DNA from: Planctomycetota bacterium
GTDB taxonomy: Bacteria > Planctomycetota > B15-G4 > SIAN01
Assembly: GCA_031409275.1 (NCBI GenBank)
Contig: JANNXA010000055.1
Coordinates: forward strand, 384,001 to 448,000
Length of the DNA: 64,000 nt
Direction: 5' to 3'
The first letter of the stretch is position 1. Each line of letters opens with the position of its first letter. The position numbers and the translations under genes are program-made. Shown one piece after another: positions 38,062 through 49,281 of the stretch. The notes under the pieces were generated by a model. That model saw only the letters and a program-made list of their open reading frames with translations, was not told where the DNA came from and searched no databases.

Positions 38062-40148
38062 TCGAGCCGGCCGCCGCCGCCTGCACCCAATGCGGGCTGC
38101 CGTTGCCACGCCGCGCCGCGAGCGCCGACGCGGCGCCGCGCTTCTGCTGTCTCGGCTGCGAGATCGTCGCGGCGATCGGAGGTCCCGGCGACGCCGCCCG
38201 CTCCGGCCTGCTGCTGGCACGCATCGGGCTCGCCGCATTCCTCTCGATGAACGTGATGATGATCGCGTTCGCGCTGTTCGGGGCGACGCCGGCCGACGGC
38301 CCGCTGCCGGGTTGGGTGACGCTGCTGCGCTGGCTGTCGTTGGTGTTGGCGACGCCTGCGCTGCTGATCCTGGTGCCGCCGCTGGCACGAGCAGGCCTCG
38401 CGCGCGCGGGTGGTGCACGGCTGCGCCTCGAACTGCTGGTCGTGACCGCGGCGCTCGCGGCCTACGCGATCTCCGTGATCCACACGATCCGCGAGCGCGG
38501 CGACATCTGGTTCGACACCGCGACCATGGTGCTGCTGGTGGTGATGCTCGGCAGCTGGCTCGCCGCGCGCGCACGCACGCAGGCGCGCAGTGATCTCGCC
38601 CGCCTCTTCGCCGCCACCGACGCCACGTTCGCCGTCGAGCGCGACGGAGCGCTCCTGACGCTGGCGGAAGCGCGGCTCGAGCGGGGCGATCTCGTCACGG
38701 TCGGCCGCGGCGCGCGCGTTCCGGTCGACGGCTGCGTCGAGCGCAGCGACGGCGCGCGGGTCGATGCCTCGCTCCTGACCGGCGAACCGGGCGCGCGTCC
38801 GATCCTCGCCGGCGCCGTACTGCGCGCCGGTGAACTGCTGCGCGAAGGATCGCTGGTGCTGCGGGCGACCGCGGTCGGCGCCGATTCGACGCTGGGTCGA
38901 CTGCAGGCAGCGCTGGAGAAGGCGCTCGCGCGACCGTCCGCAACGGTCCGCGCGGTCGACCGCGCGGCGCAACTGCTGGTGCTCACCACCGCGGCCTGTG
39001 CCGTGTCGGTGCTCGGCTGGTTCGCCTGGCATGGCCACGCCGAGGTCGGGCTGCAGCGGGCGCTCGCGCTCCTGGTCGTCGCCTGCCCGTGCAGCATCGC
39101 CATCGCCGCGCCACTGACGCTGACGCGCGCGCTGCAAGCGGCCGCGCAACTCGGGGCGGTCGTGCAGTCGCTCGACGGATTCGAGCGGCTCGGTCAGGTG
39201 AGCGCGGTGGCTGCCGACAAGACCGGCACCCTCACCACCGGCGAAGGCGCCGAGCTCACCCTGGAGCCGATCGCGGGCGGCCTCGACGAATCGACTGCGA
39301 GCGCTTTGCTGGCGGCCCTTGCGCGCGCCTCGCAACACCCGATCGCGTGCGCGCTGCGCGAGCGGCTGGCGGGCATCGAGCCCGCGACGCTCCTCGCCAT
39401 CGAGGAGCAGCCGGGTCGCGGACTCGTCGCGCGTGACGCGGCGGGACGGGTCATCACGCTGCTGCGTGCCGTGCCGCACGCGAACGACGCGGCGGCGTTG
39501 CGCTCGACGCTTGCGATCGATGGCGTGGCGCAGTTCGACGTGCGCCTGGTCGAGCGACTTCGCGTCGGCGTCGAATCGCTCGGCCACGCCCTGAAGTCGC
39601 GCGGCATCGAGCTGGCGTTGCTGTCGGGCGACGACGAGCGGCGCGTGCTCCCACTGGCGCAGTCGCTGTCCGCGAGCGGCCAGGGCGGGCTCACGCCAGA
39701 ACAGAAGGCGGTGCAGCTCGCCCGTCTGCGGCCACCGGGCCGCGGCATCGCGTGGCTTGGCGACGGCGCCAACGACGCGATCGCGCTGGCGGGCGCAGAC
39801 GTCTCGATCGTCGTCGATCGTCGGCTCGAGTGGCTCGCCGACGCCGCCGACCTCGTGCTCCTAGGCGAGCGCGTCGGCACGCTGCCGCAACTGATCGACG
39901 TGGCCCGCCGCGCCCGACGTCGCATCGTCGCGGCGCTGGCATGGGCGGCGCTCTACCACGTGGTGACGCTCGGACTCGGAGTCACCGGGGTGCTCACCCC
40001 CGCGCTCGCCGCGTTGGCGATGGCGCTTGGCAGCGTCGCGGTCGTGCAAGCGAGCCTGAGGCCGCTCACGTCGACACCGGTCGCCGACGCGACGTCGGCT
40101 CGTGTTCCCGCTTCGATGGCACTCTTCGCAGGAGCGAATCCGTCATGA
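38058..40148 (+). CDS. ccoI: P1B-type ATPase, CcoI/FixI-like
   Basis: N-terminal CTQC..FCCLGC, TGE, CPC, DKTGT, HP, GDGAND; cbb3 context. Confidence 0.85.
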   Translation: MIEPAAAACTQCGLPLPRRAASADAAPRFCCLGCEIVAAIGGPGDAARSGLLLARIGLAAFLSMNVMMIAFALFGATPADGPLPGWVTLLRWLSLVLATPALLILVPPLARAGLARAGGARLRLELLVVTAALAAYAISVIHTIRERGDIWFDTATMVLLVVMLGSWLAARARTQARSDLARLFAATDATFAVERDGALLTLAEARLERGDLVTVGRGARVPVDGCVERSDGARVDASLLTGEPGARPILAGAVLRAGELLREGSLVLRATAVGADSTLGRLQAALEKALARPSATVRAVDRAAQLLVLTTAACAVSVLGWFAWHGHAEVGLQRALALLVVACPCSIAIAAPLTLTRALQAAAQLGAVVQSLDGFERLGQVSAVAADKTGTLTTGEGAELTLEPIAGGLDESTASALLAALARASQHPIACALRERLAGIEPATLLAIEEQPGRGLVARDAAGRVITLLRAVPHANDAAALRSTLAIDGVAQFDVRLVERLRVGVESLGHALKSRGIELALLSGDDERRVLPLAQSLSASGQGGLTPEQKAVQLARLRPPGRGIAWLGDGANDAIALAGADVSIVVDRRLEWLADAADLVLLGERVGTLPQLIDVARRARRRIVAALAWAALYHVVTLGLGVTGVLTPALAALAMALGSVAVVQASLRPLTSTPVADATSARVPASMALFAGANPS

Positions 40149-40327
40149 ACGATGTCGTGCAGGCGACCGGCTCGAATCCGCCCGAGAACGCGTTGTCCGA
40201 CCACGAGGAGGCCGCCGCCGAACGCTCGCGCCTCACCTACATCGGCCACGCCTTGCCGTGGCCCGTCGTGGTGCTGTGGGCAGCGTTCCTGCTGTTCGGA
40301 CTGATCTACTTCGTCGTCCACTTGTGA
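40145..40327 (+). CDS. Small single-TM protein (60 aa) closing the cbb3 operon
   Basis: AGGAG RBS, ATGA overlap, C-terminal TM (LPWPVVVLWAAFLLFGLIYF). Confidence 0.6.
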   Translation: MNDVVQATGSNPPENALSDHEEAAAERSRLTYIGHALPWPVVVLWAAFLLFGLIYFVVHL

Positions 40328-40376
40328 CCGCGGCCGCGCGCGCGGCGAGACGTTCGCTGCGGCGCGCGAACGAGCG

Positions 40377-40628
40377 TCACGGCCTGGCGGCGGGACCCGG
40401 GTCGGTCGGCGACGGTGTGGTCAGCACGAGCTTGAAGCACCACAGCGTCATGACCCAGACGAAGGCGAGCGAGAGCAGCATGAACGCCCACCCGCCTGCG
40501 GAGAGCGGTTGCGCAGTCGCTCGCGCCGCGATCGGCGCCTCCTGCGCGACGGCCATCGCCGAGGTGGCAACCCACCCCGCGACGGTCGCGATCACGCGGC
40601 CGAAACGGTCGAAGTAGCGGCGGTTCAT
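40377..40628 (-). CDS. Small membrane protein, putative NSS transporter small subunit
   Basis: Overlaps the transporter stop; 'LSAGGWAFMLLSLAFVWVMTLWCF' TM. Confidence 0.6.
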   Translation of the reverse strand: MNRRYFDRFGRVIATVAGWVATSAMAVAQEAPIAARATAQPLSAGGWAFMLLSLAFVWVMTLWCFKLVLTTPSPTDPGPAARP

Positions 40629-42271
40629 CGTGCAGCTCCGCTTGCGGCAACGTCGTCATCGGGCGGCCGCTCGCCATCGAGATCGAGCCCCGCGGCCTTC
40701 CAGCGCTTGGCGCCGATCTTGGTCAGGATCACCAGTCCCAGCGTCACTGCCGCCACGAGGATCAGCGAGTAACCGCCGACCGGCGAGTAGTCGACGTTGC
40801 CGTCGGCGCCCTTGTGGCCAGGCACGAACGCCTTGCCCCACCACCCGCCCAAGGTGTCCTTGGCGGAGAGCACGATCGCCGTCAACAAGTAGGCCGGCGC
40901 GACGAACTTGAGGATGAAGCCCATGAAGCCTGGGATGCGCATCTGCGCGCCTTCCTTCGCTTCCTTCAGGCCGCGGCCGACGCCGAAGAACCAGCCGAAT
41001 GCCACCACCTGGAAGAAGGCGAGCACCACGATCAGGAAGGTGCCGACCCAGTCGTCGATCGTGCTCCAGCCGACCGTGCCGCCCGTGAACCAGAGGCAGT
41101 AGAGGCTGCCGGCCACTGCGGCCGCGGCGACCAGCGCCACCGCCTTCTTGCGCCCGCAACCGAGCGCCTCCTCGACGAACGCGAGCGTCGGCTGCAGCAT
41201 CGACAGCGAGCTCGTGATCGCCGCCAGGAAGAGCATGAAGAACCAGAGCGCGCCGATGAAGTTGCCGCCTGGCATCTGCGCGAAAACGACCGGCAGCGTG
41301 TTGAAGCCGAGTCCGAAGGTGCCTTGTCCGATGATCCCGGTGGCACCCATGAAGATGAACGCGGCGGGGATCGTGATCATCCCGCCGAAGCCAACCTCGA
41401 ACAGCTCGTTGGTGGCGGAGGCGGTCAGCCCCGACAGCACGACGTCATCCTTGCGCTTCATGTAGGAGGCGTAGTTGATGATCACGCCGAAGCCGACCGA
41501 GAGGCTGAAGAAGATCTGCCCGGCCGCGGCGAGCCACGTCTTCGATTCGCCGAGCGCCTCGAAGTTGGGGTTCCACATGTAGGCGAGGCCGGTGCCGACG
41601 TTCTGGTCGGGATGGAGTTCGTTGGCCGGCAGCGTCAGCACGCGGATCAGCACGCCCATCGCGATGATGGCCATCGCCGGCATTGCCCACTTGCAGAAGC
41701 TCTCGATCCCCTTCGAGAGGCCGCGGAAGACGAACCAGACGTTCAAGGCCATCGTGATCAGCCAGAAGAGGAGCACGCCGCCGTGGCCAGCGGAGAAGAG
41801 CTCACCATCCTTGGCGGTGCCGATGAAGCCGTTCCAGAAGTCGCTCGCCTGCTTCGCCTGCGTGACCATCGGCGCGGAGGCGTCGACGCCAATGCCGCCG
41901 GTCAGGTACTTGAAGAAGTAGCCGAGGCACCAGCTCTCGATGAAGACGTAATAGAAGTAGACGCACAACGGGATCAGCACGCCGATCACGCCGATGTAGC
42001 GGAACAGCGGCCCTTTGCCGATGACGCCCATGATCGCGGGCGCCGAGTGGAAGCCCTTGCGGCCGCCGTAGCGCCCCATCGTCCACTCGGCCCACCCGAT
42101 CGGGATGCCAAGGAACAGCAGCGCGCAGAAGTAGGGGATCATGAAGGCGCCGCCGCCATTGGCGGCCGCCTGACCCGGGAAGCGCAGGAAGTTCCCGAGC
42201 CCCACCGCGGATCCGGCGACGGCGAGGATCACTCCCAGCCGACTGCCCCAACCATCCTTCTGCTGTGACAT
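40625..42271 (-). CDS. Sodium-dependent transporter, NSS/SNF family
   Basis: GSAVGLGNFLRFP, NGGGAF, QIFFSLSVGFG..INYASY, AAITSSLSM. Confidence 0.95.
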   Translation of the reverse strand: MSQQKDGWGSRLGVILAVAGSAVGLGNFLRFPGQAAANGGGAFMIPYFCALLFLGIPIGWAEWTMGRYGGRKGFHSAPAIMGVIGKGPLFRYIGVIGVLIPLCVYFYYVFIESWCLGYFFKYLTGGIGVDASAPMVTQAKQASDFWNGFIGTAKDGELFSAGHGGVLLFWLITMALNVWFVFRGLSKGIESFCKWAMPAMAIIAMGVLIRVLTLPANELHPDQNVGTGLAYMWNPNFEALGESKTWLAAAGQIFFSLSVGFGVIINYASYMKRKDDVVLSGLTASATNELFEVGFGGMITIPAAFIFMGATGIIGQGTFGLGFNTLPVVFAQMPGGNFIGALWFFMLFLAAITSSLSMLQPTLAFVEEALGCGRKKAVALVAAAAVAGSLYCLWFTGGTVGWSTIDDWVGTFLIVVLAFFQVVAFGWFFGVGRGLKEAKEGAQMRIPGFMGFILKFVAPAYLLTAIVLSAKDTLGGWWGKAFVPGHKGADGNVDYSPVGGYSLILVAAVTLGLVILTKIGAKRWKAAGLDLDGERPPDDDVAASGAAR

Positions 42272-42558
42272 GGCGCCCTCTTCGACGTGGAAGCGCGACA
42301 GCGGGGCACGGGCTGACGCGACGGGTGCGCCCGTCGCCAACCGCCCCGACCGATCGCCCACCGCGTTCCCAGAGTCCCCGGGGGCGAAGGGGGCGAACCA
42401 TAGCGCGGCGCCGCCGGGAGGGAATGCGGACCTGCGGTTGCGTCTGCACCGTGGCCATCCGGGATGGCGCAACCATCCGCGGAGGAGGGTCGCCATTCGC
42501 GGGAACCCTCTCTCGGATCAGTTGCGTACGATTTCCCACCACCGTGCGAGAAGCAGCC

Positions 42559-44009
<1,451 letters not shown>

Positions 44010-44013
<4 letters not shown>

Positions 44014-45464
44014 TCCGCGGTGAGACGAGGCTCGACGCGGTCCGCGTCCTGATCGTCGACGACAACCGCGACTTCGCGGAGAACGTCGCGGGACTGGCGC
44101 AACTGCGCGGCCTCGATCCCACCGTCGTCTACGACCGCGCCAGCGCTCTGGCGATCGCCGCCACCGACTCCTTCGACATCGCCATCGTCGACCAGAAGCT
44201 CCCCGACGGCCGCGGCACCGAGTTGCTCGCCGAACTGCGCAACCTGATGCCCGATCTGGTGACCATGGTGGTCACCGCGTTCGTCTCGATCGAGAACTCG
44301 CTGGCCGCGCTGCGCGAAGGAGCGTTCGCGTTCGTTGGCAAGGACTGCGAGCCCAGCGAACTCGTCGAGACCATCGCTCGCGCGGCCGAGAACGCGCGCC
44401 TGCGCCGCGAGAATCGCGCGCTGCGCCAGCTTCATGAGGCGACGCTGCTCGCGATCCCCGACTTCTTGTTGCTGGTCGATCGCGCCGGCCTGGTCGAAAG
44501 CGTCAATCGCACCCACGCCGCGCTCTGTCCCGGCCCGCCGCAGCTCGCGATCGGCCGGCCGCTCGACGACATCGTCGCGCCTTTCGTGCGCGAGCAGAGT
44601 TCGCTGCTCGATTGGCTCGATCGAGTCCGCAGCGGGGCCGCGACCGCGGAACGAACCCTCGAATGCCCCGATGTTGCCGGCGTTCCGCTCATCGTCGGGC
44701 TGCGCGCAGTCGCGCTCGAGTCGGATTCCGAGCCGTTGGTGCTGCTGCGTGCCGTCGATCTCACGGAACGGATCTCGCTCGAGCGGCGCCTCTCCGAGTC
44801 CGAGCACCTCGCCGCGCTCGGCCGCCTGGTCTCCTCGATCGCGCACGACCTGCGCAACCCCTTGGCCGGCATTCGCGCGCTGACCCAGCTCCTGCGCCGC
44901 TCCGCCGGCGAGTCGCCGCGCGATGCCGAGAACCTCGACGAGATCGTCGGGCTTGCCGATCGCATGAACGCGACGCTCTCCGACCTGCTCGACTTCGCCC
45001 GTCCGGGTACGCGACGCGAACAGCCGCTGCAGCTTGCCGAGCTGCTGAGCGCCGTGGTGGTCGAAGCGCGTCGGTGGCCCGTCGCCAACGGTCACACGAT
45101 CGAACTCGACCTTGCTCCCAAGGCAGCCGTCGTACGCGGGGTGCGCGAGCGCGTCGAAGGGCTCTTCGCCAACCTGATCGACAACGCGCTGCAGGCCGCG
45201 CCCGTCGGCGGACACATCCGGCTGGCGCTCGACGTCGACTCGGCGGACGCCGAAATTGCCGTGGAGGACGACGGTCCTGGCATCGCCGCCGACGTGCTGC
45301 CGCGCCTGTTCCAGCCCTTCGTCACCACCAAGACGCGCGGTACCGGGCTTGGTCTTTCCATCGTGAAGAAGAACGTCGACGCGCTCGGCGGAACGGTGGT
45401 CGTCGACCGCTCGCCGAAACTCGGTGGCGCCCGCTTCCGCGTTCGCTTGCCGCTGCGGGCCTGA
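44010..45464 (+). CDS. Hybrid REC-PAS-histidine kinase
   Basis: N-terminal REC (IVDDN, VDQKLP), PAS-like region, AHDLRNPL, NLIDNA, DDGPG, GTGLGL. Confidence 0.9.
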
Positions 45465-45489
45465 GCGCGCCGCAGCCGGCGCCGCGCCG

Positions 45490-46662
45490 TCAGGGCGTCA
45501 TCTGCGGCAGCAGGATGGTGAAGATCGTCCCCTTGCCGAGCGTCGAACTCACCGTGATGCGGCCGCCGTGCGCCGCGACGAGGTCGCGCGTGATCGAGAG
45601 GCCAAGCCCGGTGCCGATCGCTCGGGTGGTGAACAGCGGCTCGAAGATCCGCTCGCGATTCTCCGCGGCGATGCCCGGCCCGTCGTCCGAAACCACCAGC
45701 ACCACGCCGAGCGGATCGCGGCGCGCACGCATCGACACCTTGCCGCCGACCTTCTGCTCGCGAATCGCCTCGCACGCGTTGCGCAGCAGGTTCGCCAGCC
45801 CCTGCGCCAGCTGCGCCGGATCGGCGTGGACCGACGCATCCGGCGGATCGCAGCGCACTTCGACTTCGATGCCCTCGCACTCCTCGACCATTCCCCGCGC
45901 GTCCTCGAGCAGCGCCGCCAGCGCGACGGTGCGCAGCGCCGGCTGCTTGGTGCGCGCGAAGTCGAGCAGCTGCGAGGCGAGGCGAGCGGCCTGGCGCGAG
46001 CCGCGTTCGATGCGGCCGAGGTGCGTGACCAGGGCGGGGCGCGCCGGCCCCGTGTCGAGCTTCTCGAGTTCGCGGTGGAGCAGGTGCAGGCTGGTGTTGA
46101 TGACGCCGAGCGGGTTCTTCAATTCGTGGCTGACGCTTGCCGCAAGCTGCCCGAGCGTGCCGAGCCGCTCCGCTTGCCGGACGCGCGCCTGGTGCAGCTC
46201 GAGGTAGCTCTCCAGCATGATCGCGAGCTCGAGGTCGAGCACCTTGTTCAGCGCTGCGAGCAACGGCGCGAGCGGGACCTGCTGCGCGTGCGCCACTTCG
46301 ATGGCGAACTCGGTCAGCTGCGGGCGCATGCGTCCGATCGCGAGCAACCCGAAGCGCTGCGGAAGGCCGACCTCGACGTGGCGCTGGCCGATGCGGGAAC
46401 GCATCTCGAACCAGCGCAGGTCGTGCGGCCCGCCGATCATCGAGATCGCCCACTCGCGCAGCGACTGCTTCAAGCGCGCGAGCTGCGCGGCGTCGACCAG
46501 CACGGCCCGCGCCTCGTCATGGCGCTGGATCTCGGAGTAGAAGTCCTCGACCAGCGCGTCGAGCACCCGCGGCAGCGTCGGCAGCAGTCGCGCCAGCTCC
46601 GCCGAATCGGCTTCGCCAAAGCCGATGTAGCTGCGGATCTGCTCGAAGAAGGCGCGGTCCAT
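45490..46662 (-). CDS. Globin-coupled (protoglobin-domain) sensor histidine kinase
   Basis: YIGF...DFY, RIGQRHVEVGLPQ, LNKVLDLELAIMLESY; SHELKNPL, NLLRNA, GTGLGL; no TM. Confidence 0.9.
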   Translation of the reverse strand: MDRAFFEQIRSYIGFGEADSAELARLLPTLPRVLDALVEDFYSEIQRHDEARAVLVDAAQLARLKQSLREWAISMIGGPHDLRWFEMRSRIGQRHVEVGLPQRFGLLAIGRMRPQLTEFAIEVAHAQQVPLAPLLAALNKVLDLELAIMLESYLELHQARVRQAERLGTLGQLAASVSHELKNPLGVINTSLHLLHRELEKLDTGPARPALVTHLGRIERGSRQAARLASQLLDFARTKQPALRTVALAALLEDARGMVEECEGIEVEVRCDPPDASVHADPAQLAQGLANLLRNACEAIREQKVGGKVSMRARRDPLGVVLVVSDDGPGIAAENRERIFEPLFTTRAIGTGLGLSITRDLVAAHGGRITVSSTLGKGTIFTILLPQMTP

Positions 46663-46669
46663 CGCCACT

Positions 46670-47455
46670 TCAGGCCTTCCGCGACAGGAGCTTCTCGCGA
46701 ACTTCCGCCAGCTTCTCCTGCGCCGGCGGCGAGAACCAAAGGTCGACCCACGCCTCCTGCTGCTGGTCGTGGCGATTGCGGATGCGCAGCAGCACCGGAT
46801 CGCGCGCCGCGGCCTTGGTGAAGTGCAGCGCGACCGCCGGATGGCGCGACCACTGGCGCAGCCGCTCGAGCGCCACCTCGACCACCTTGTCCGCATCGGC
46901 GAGCTCGTCGGCGAGCCCGAGCGCGAGTGCACCGTCACCGACGTGCGTCTGGCCGCCGTAGACCACCTGCGCCCACGCTGCCGGCGTCAGCGCCGCTCGC
47001 GTGATCTCGAGGCCGGCCTGCGGCAGCGGGAGACCGAGCGTGATCTCGGTGAGGCCGACGCGCGCCTCGCCGCGCGCCAGCACGCGCCAGTCGGCGCACA
47101 ACGCCAGCAGACAACCGCCGGCGACCGCGTGTCCATTCAGTGCGGCGATCACCGGGCGCGGCCAGACGTAGAGCGACGCGAAGAGTCCCTGCAGGCGATC
47201 GAGGAAGAGCATCATTCCGGCGCGATCGAGCTTCTCGAGCGCCAGCAAGTCGAGCCCAGTCGAGAAGAACCGGCCATCGCCGGTGATCACCAACCCGCGC
47301 GCCTCCTCGGCCACGTCGGGCCGGCGCAGCACTTCGAGCAGCTCTTCGACCAGCGCCGGCGACAGGGCATTGCCCTTTCCCGCCTGGATGCGCAACACGA
47401 CGAGGTCGTCGTGCTTCTCGACGGCGACTCGCTGCGTTTCGGCTCGTTCGCTCAT
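46670..47455 (-). CDS. Enoyl-CoA hydratase/isomerase family protein
   Basis: GNAL, FFSTGLDL, AALNGHAVAGGC, GLTEI.LGL. Confidence 0.9.
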   Translation of the reverse strand: MSERAETQRVAVEKHDDLVVLRIQAGKGNALSPALVEELLEVLRRPDVAEEARGLVITGDGRFFSTGLDLLALEKLDRAGMMLFLDRLQGLFASLYVWPRPVIAALNGHAVAGGCLLALCADWRVLARGEARVGLTEITLGLPLPQAGLEITRAALTPAAWAQVVYGGQTHVGDGALALGLADELADADKVVEVALERLRQWSRHPAVALHFTKAAARDPVLLRIRNRHDQQQEAWVDLWFSPPAQEKLAEVREKLLSRKA

Positions 47456-47486
47456 GGACGCTCTCCGCCGCAGCGTGCGTGCCGCG

Positions 47487-48104
47487 TCATGTGGTCAGCA
47501 ACGCCGCCGCCAGGGTGACGCCCCAGCCGAGCAACGTTCCGGCGATGCGCTGCGCTTCCTTGCGCAGCGCGTGCTTCACCTCGGCCCGCGGCGCGTCGGC
47601 GTCGGCCGCCACGGCGAACAGTCGCGGGATCCAGCGCGGCACCCGTTTCTTGAAGTCGCGATAGCTGTCGCCGAAGTTGCGCTCGAGCACCGCCTCTTCG
47701 CTGCGGATCACGCCCGAATAGAAGAGCAGGAGCGCGAGCAGGAAGGCCGCGGCGCCGATCGCGTCCGTCGCGGCGAGCGCGAGTCCGACCGCGATCGAGA
47801 CGTTGCCCACGTAGAGCGGGTTGCGGACGCGGCAATAGGGACCGAAGACGATCAGGCGATGGGCCTGGATGCGCCGCGTGTCGGAGCCGCGCGTGAAGTA
47901 GCAACGTGCCCACACGCGAAAGAAGACGCCGAAGAGAACGATCGGCAGCGCGGCGAGCGCGTAACGCAACTGCGGCGCCAATGGCCACTTCCACGCCAGC
48001 AGGGCGCCGCCGAAGGCGATCACGCCCCAGCCGCGCCAGCGAAACAGCCAGTCCTTCAGGCCTCCCGCCGCGGGCGCGGCCGGCACCGGAACGCTCTCGC
48101 CCAT
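47487..48104 (-). CDS. Isoprenylcysteine carboxyl methyltransferase / PEMT family membrane protein
   Basis: GPY..VRNPLYVG, EE..L...FG.SY.....VPRWIP. Confidence 0.88.
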   Translation of the reverse strand: MGESVPVPAAPAAGGLKDWLFRWRGWGVIAFGGALLAWKWPLAPQLRYALAALPIVLFGVFFRVWARCYFTRGSDTRRIQAHRLIVFGPYCRVRNPLYVGNVSIAVGLALAATDAIGAAAFLLALLLFYSGVIRSEEAVLERNFGDSYRDFKKRVPRWIPRLFAVAADADAPRAEVKHALRKEAQRIAGTLLGWGVTLAAALLTT

Positions 48105-48153
48105 GCATCTCGCCTCGGAGTTTCGCCATCGTGACACGGCTCCGTGCCGCGCC

Positions 48154-49281
48154 TCACTCTCGCGGCGTGCCGTCGAGTTCCGCGAGGCGACGCGCCGACG
48201 CCGCGAAGCGCACCTCCAGGCGGGCGAGCGTCGCGGCGAATCCGGCTCGGGAGAATACCGAGCGCACGAGCGGCCCGATGCAACGCGTCGGCGTCACTTC
48301 CTCGTCCGCAGTGACGATCGGCAGCGCCAGCCGCTTCGCAGTCCCCTGCCAGAACGCCAGCGTGAACTGCGCCATCAAGAGCGCGCCGGCGCGGGCGAGC
48401 GATCGGCGCGGACTCGGGATGCCCGCCATGAACGGCGCGAATGCGACGCCGCGGGTGAGGCCAAGACGCAGCAGGCGTCGTCGCGCCTGCACGATCGCGG
48501 CGGGCCGCTCCGCCGCCGAGGCGCGTGCCGTCTCTGGCAGGTAGTGGATGCCAAGCGCCGTGTCCTTCTCGAGGTCGCGGGCCACGTTGGCGAGCTGGAC
48601 CGATTCGCCCACTGCAGCCGCGAGCGCCACTCGATCCGGCGGCAGGTCGATCGGCAGCCCCATCGCGCTGCGCTGCGCTTCTTCGGCGAAGACCATCGGC
48701 TGCCCCAGCACCGCGAAGCAGTAGCGCGCGAGCTGCTCCTCGTCGCGCAGCGCGCCGCCCTGCGCCGCGAAGGTGCGCACCGCCCAGATCATCCCCTCGC
48801 CCATGCGACTCACCAGGCGCACGACCACCTCGCGTTGCGAAATCGACAGCGTGTGGAAGAAGGCGTCGACGAGCGCCGCGCGACGCAGCAGCAGCAGGTA
48901 GACCTCGTCGCGAGCATCGTGAGCGACCGCTCCGTCGAGCGCCGGCGGCGCGGACAACGGCGCGGCGCCGTCGTGCGCGACGTTCGCGAAGCGGTCGACG
49001 AAGGCCGCGAGCGCCGTCTCCTTCGCGAGCACCCCCGGCGCGAGGTCCTCGCAGGTGTCGAGCATGCGGCAGTAGCAGTAGGCGACCGCAAGCGTGCGCG
49101 CGAGCGGCCGCGGCAGCACGGCGATGGAGAAGGAGAAGCTGCGCGCGGCATACGGCAGGATCCCCCAGACGAAACGCTCGGGGTCCTCCTGCGCCGCGAG
49201 CGCCGCCAGCGGCGGATGGTGGCGATCGGCGCGCACGTTCTCGAACAGGCGACGCGCGACGTGAAGGGCGGCATCGATCAA
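48154..49281 (-). CDS. Squalene/phytoene synthase family protein
   Basis: ARSF, YCYCRMLDTCED (first Asp-rich motif), M.EGM, YC, QLANVARD..KD (second motif). Confidence 0.85.
   Translation of the reverse strand: MIDAALHVARRLFENVRADRHHPPLAALAAQEDPERFVWGILPYAARSFSFSIAVLPRPLARTLAVAYCYCRMLDTCEDLAPGVLAKETALAAFVDRFANVAHDGAAPLSAPPALDGAVAHDARDEVYLLLLRRAALVDAFFHTLSISQREVVVRLVSRMGEGMIWAVRTFAAQGGALRDEEQLARYCFAVLGQPMVFAEEAQRSAMGLPIDLPPDRVALAAAVGESVQLANVARDLEKDTALGIHYLPETARASAAERPAAIVQARRRLLRLGLTRGVAFAPFMAGIPSPRRSLARAGALLMAQFTLAFWQGTAKRLALPIVTADEEVTPTRCIGPLVRSVFSRAGFAATLARLEVRFAASARRLAELDGTPRE

Noticed and set aside
42453..42480. CCATCC/GGATGG palindromes upstream of the NtrC-type gene
   Set aside because: Short, GC-rich and not seen repeated at other promoters; no function supportable
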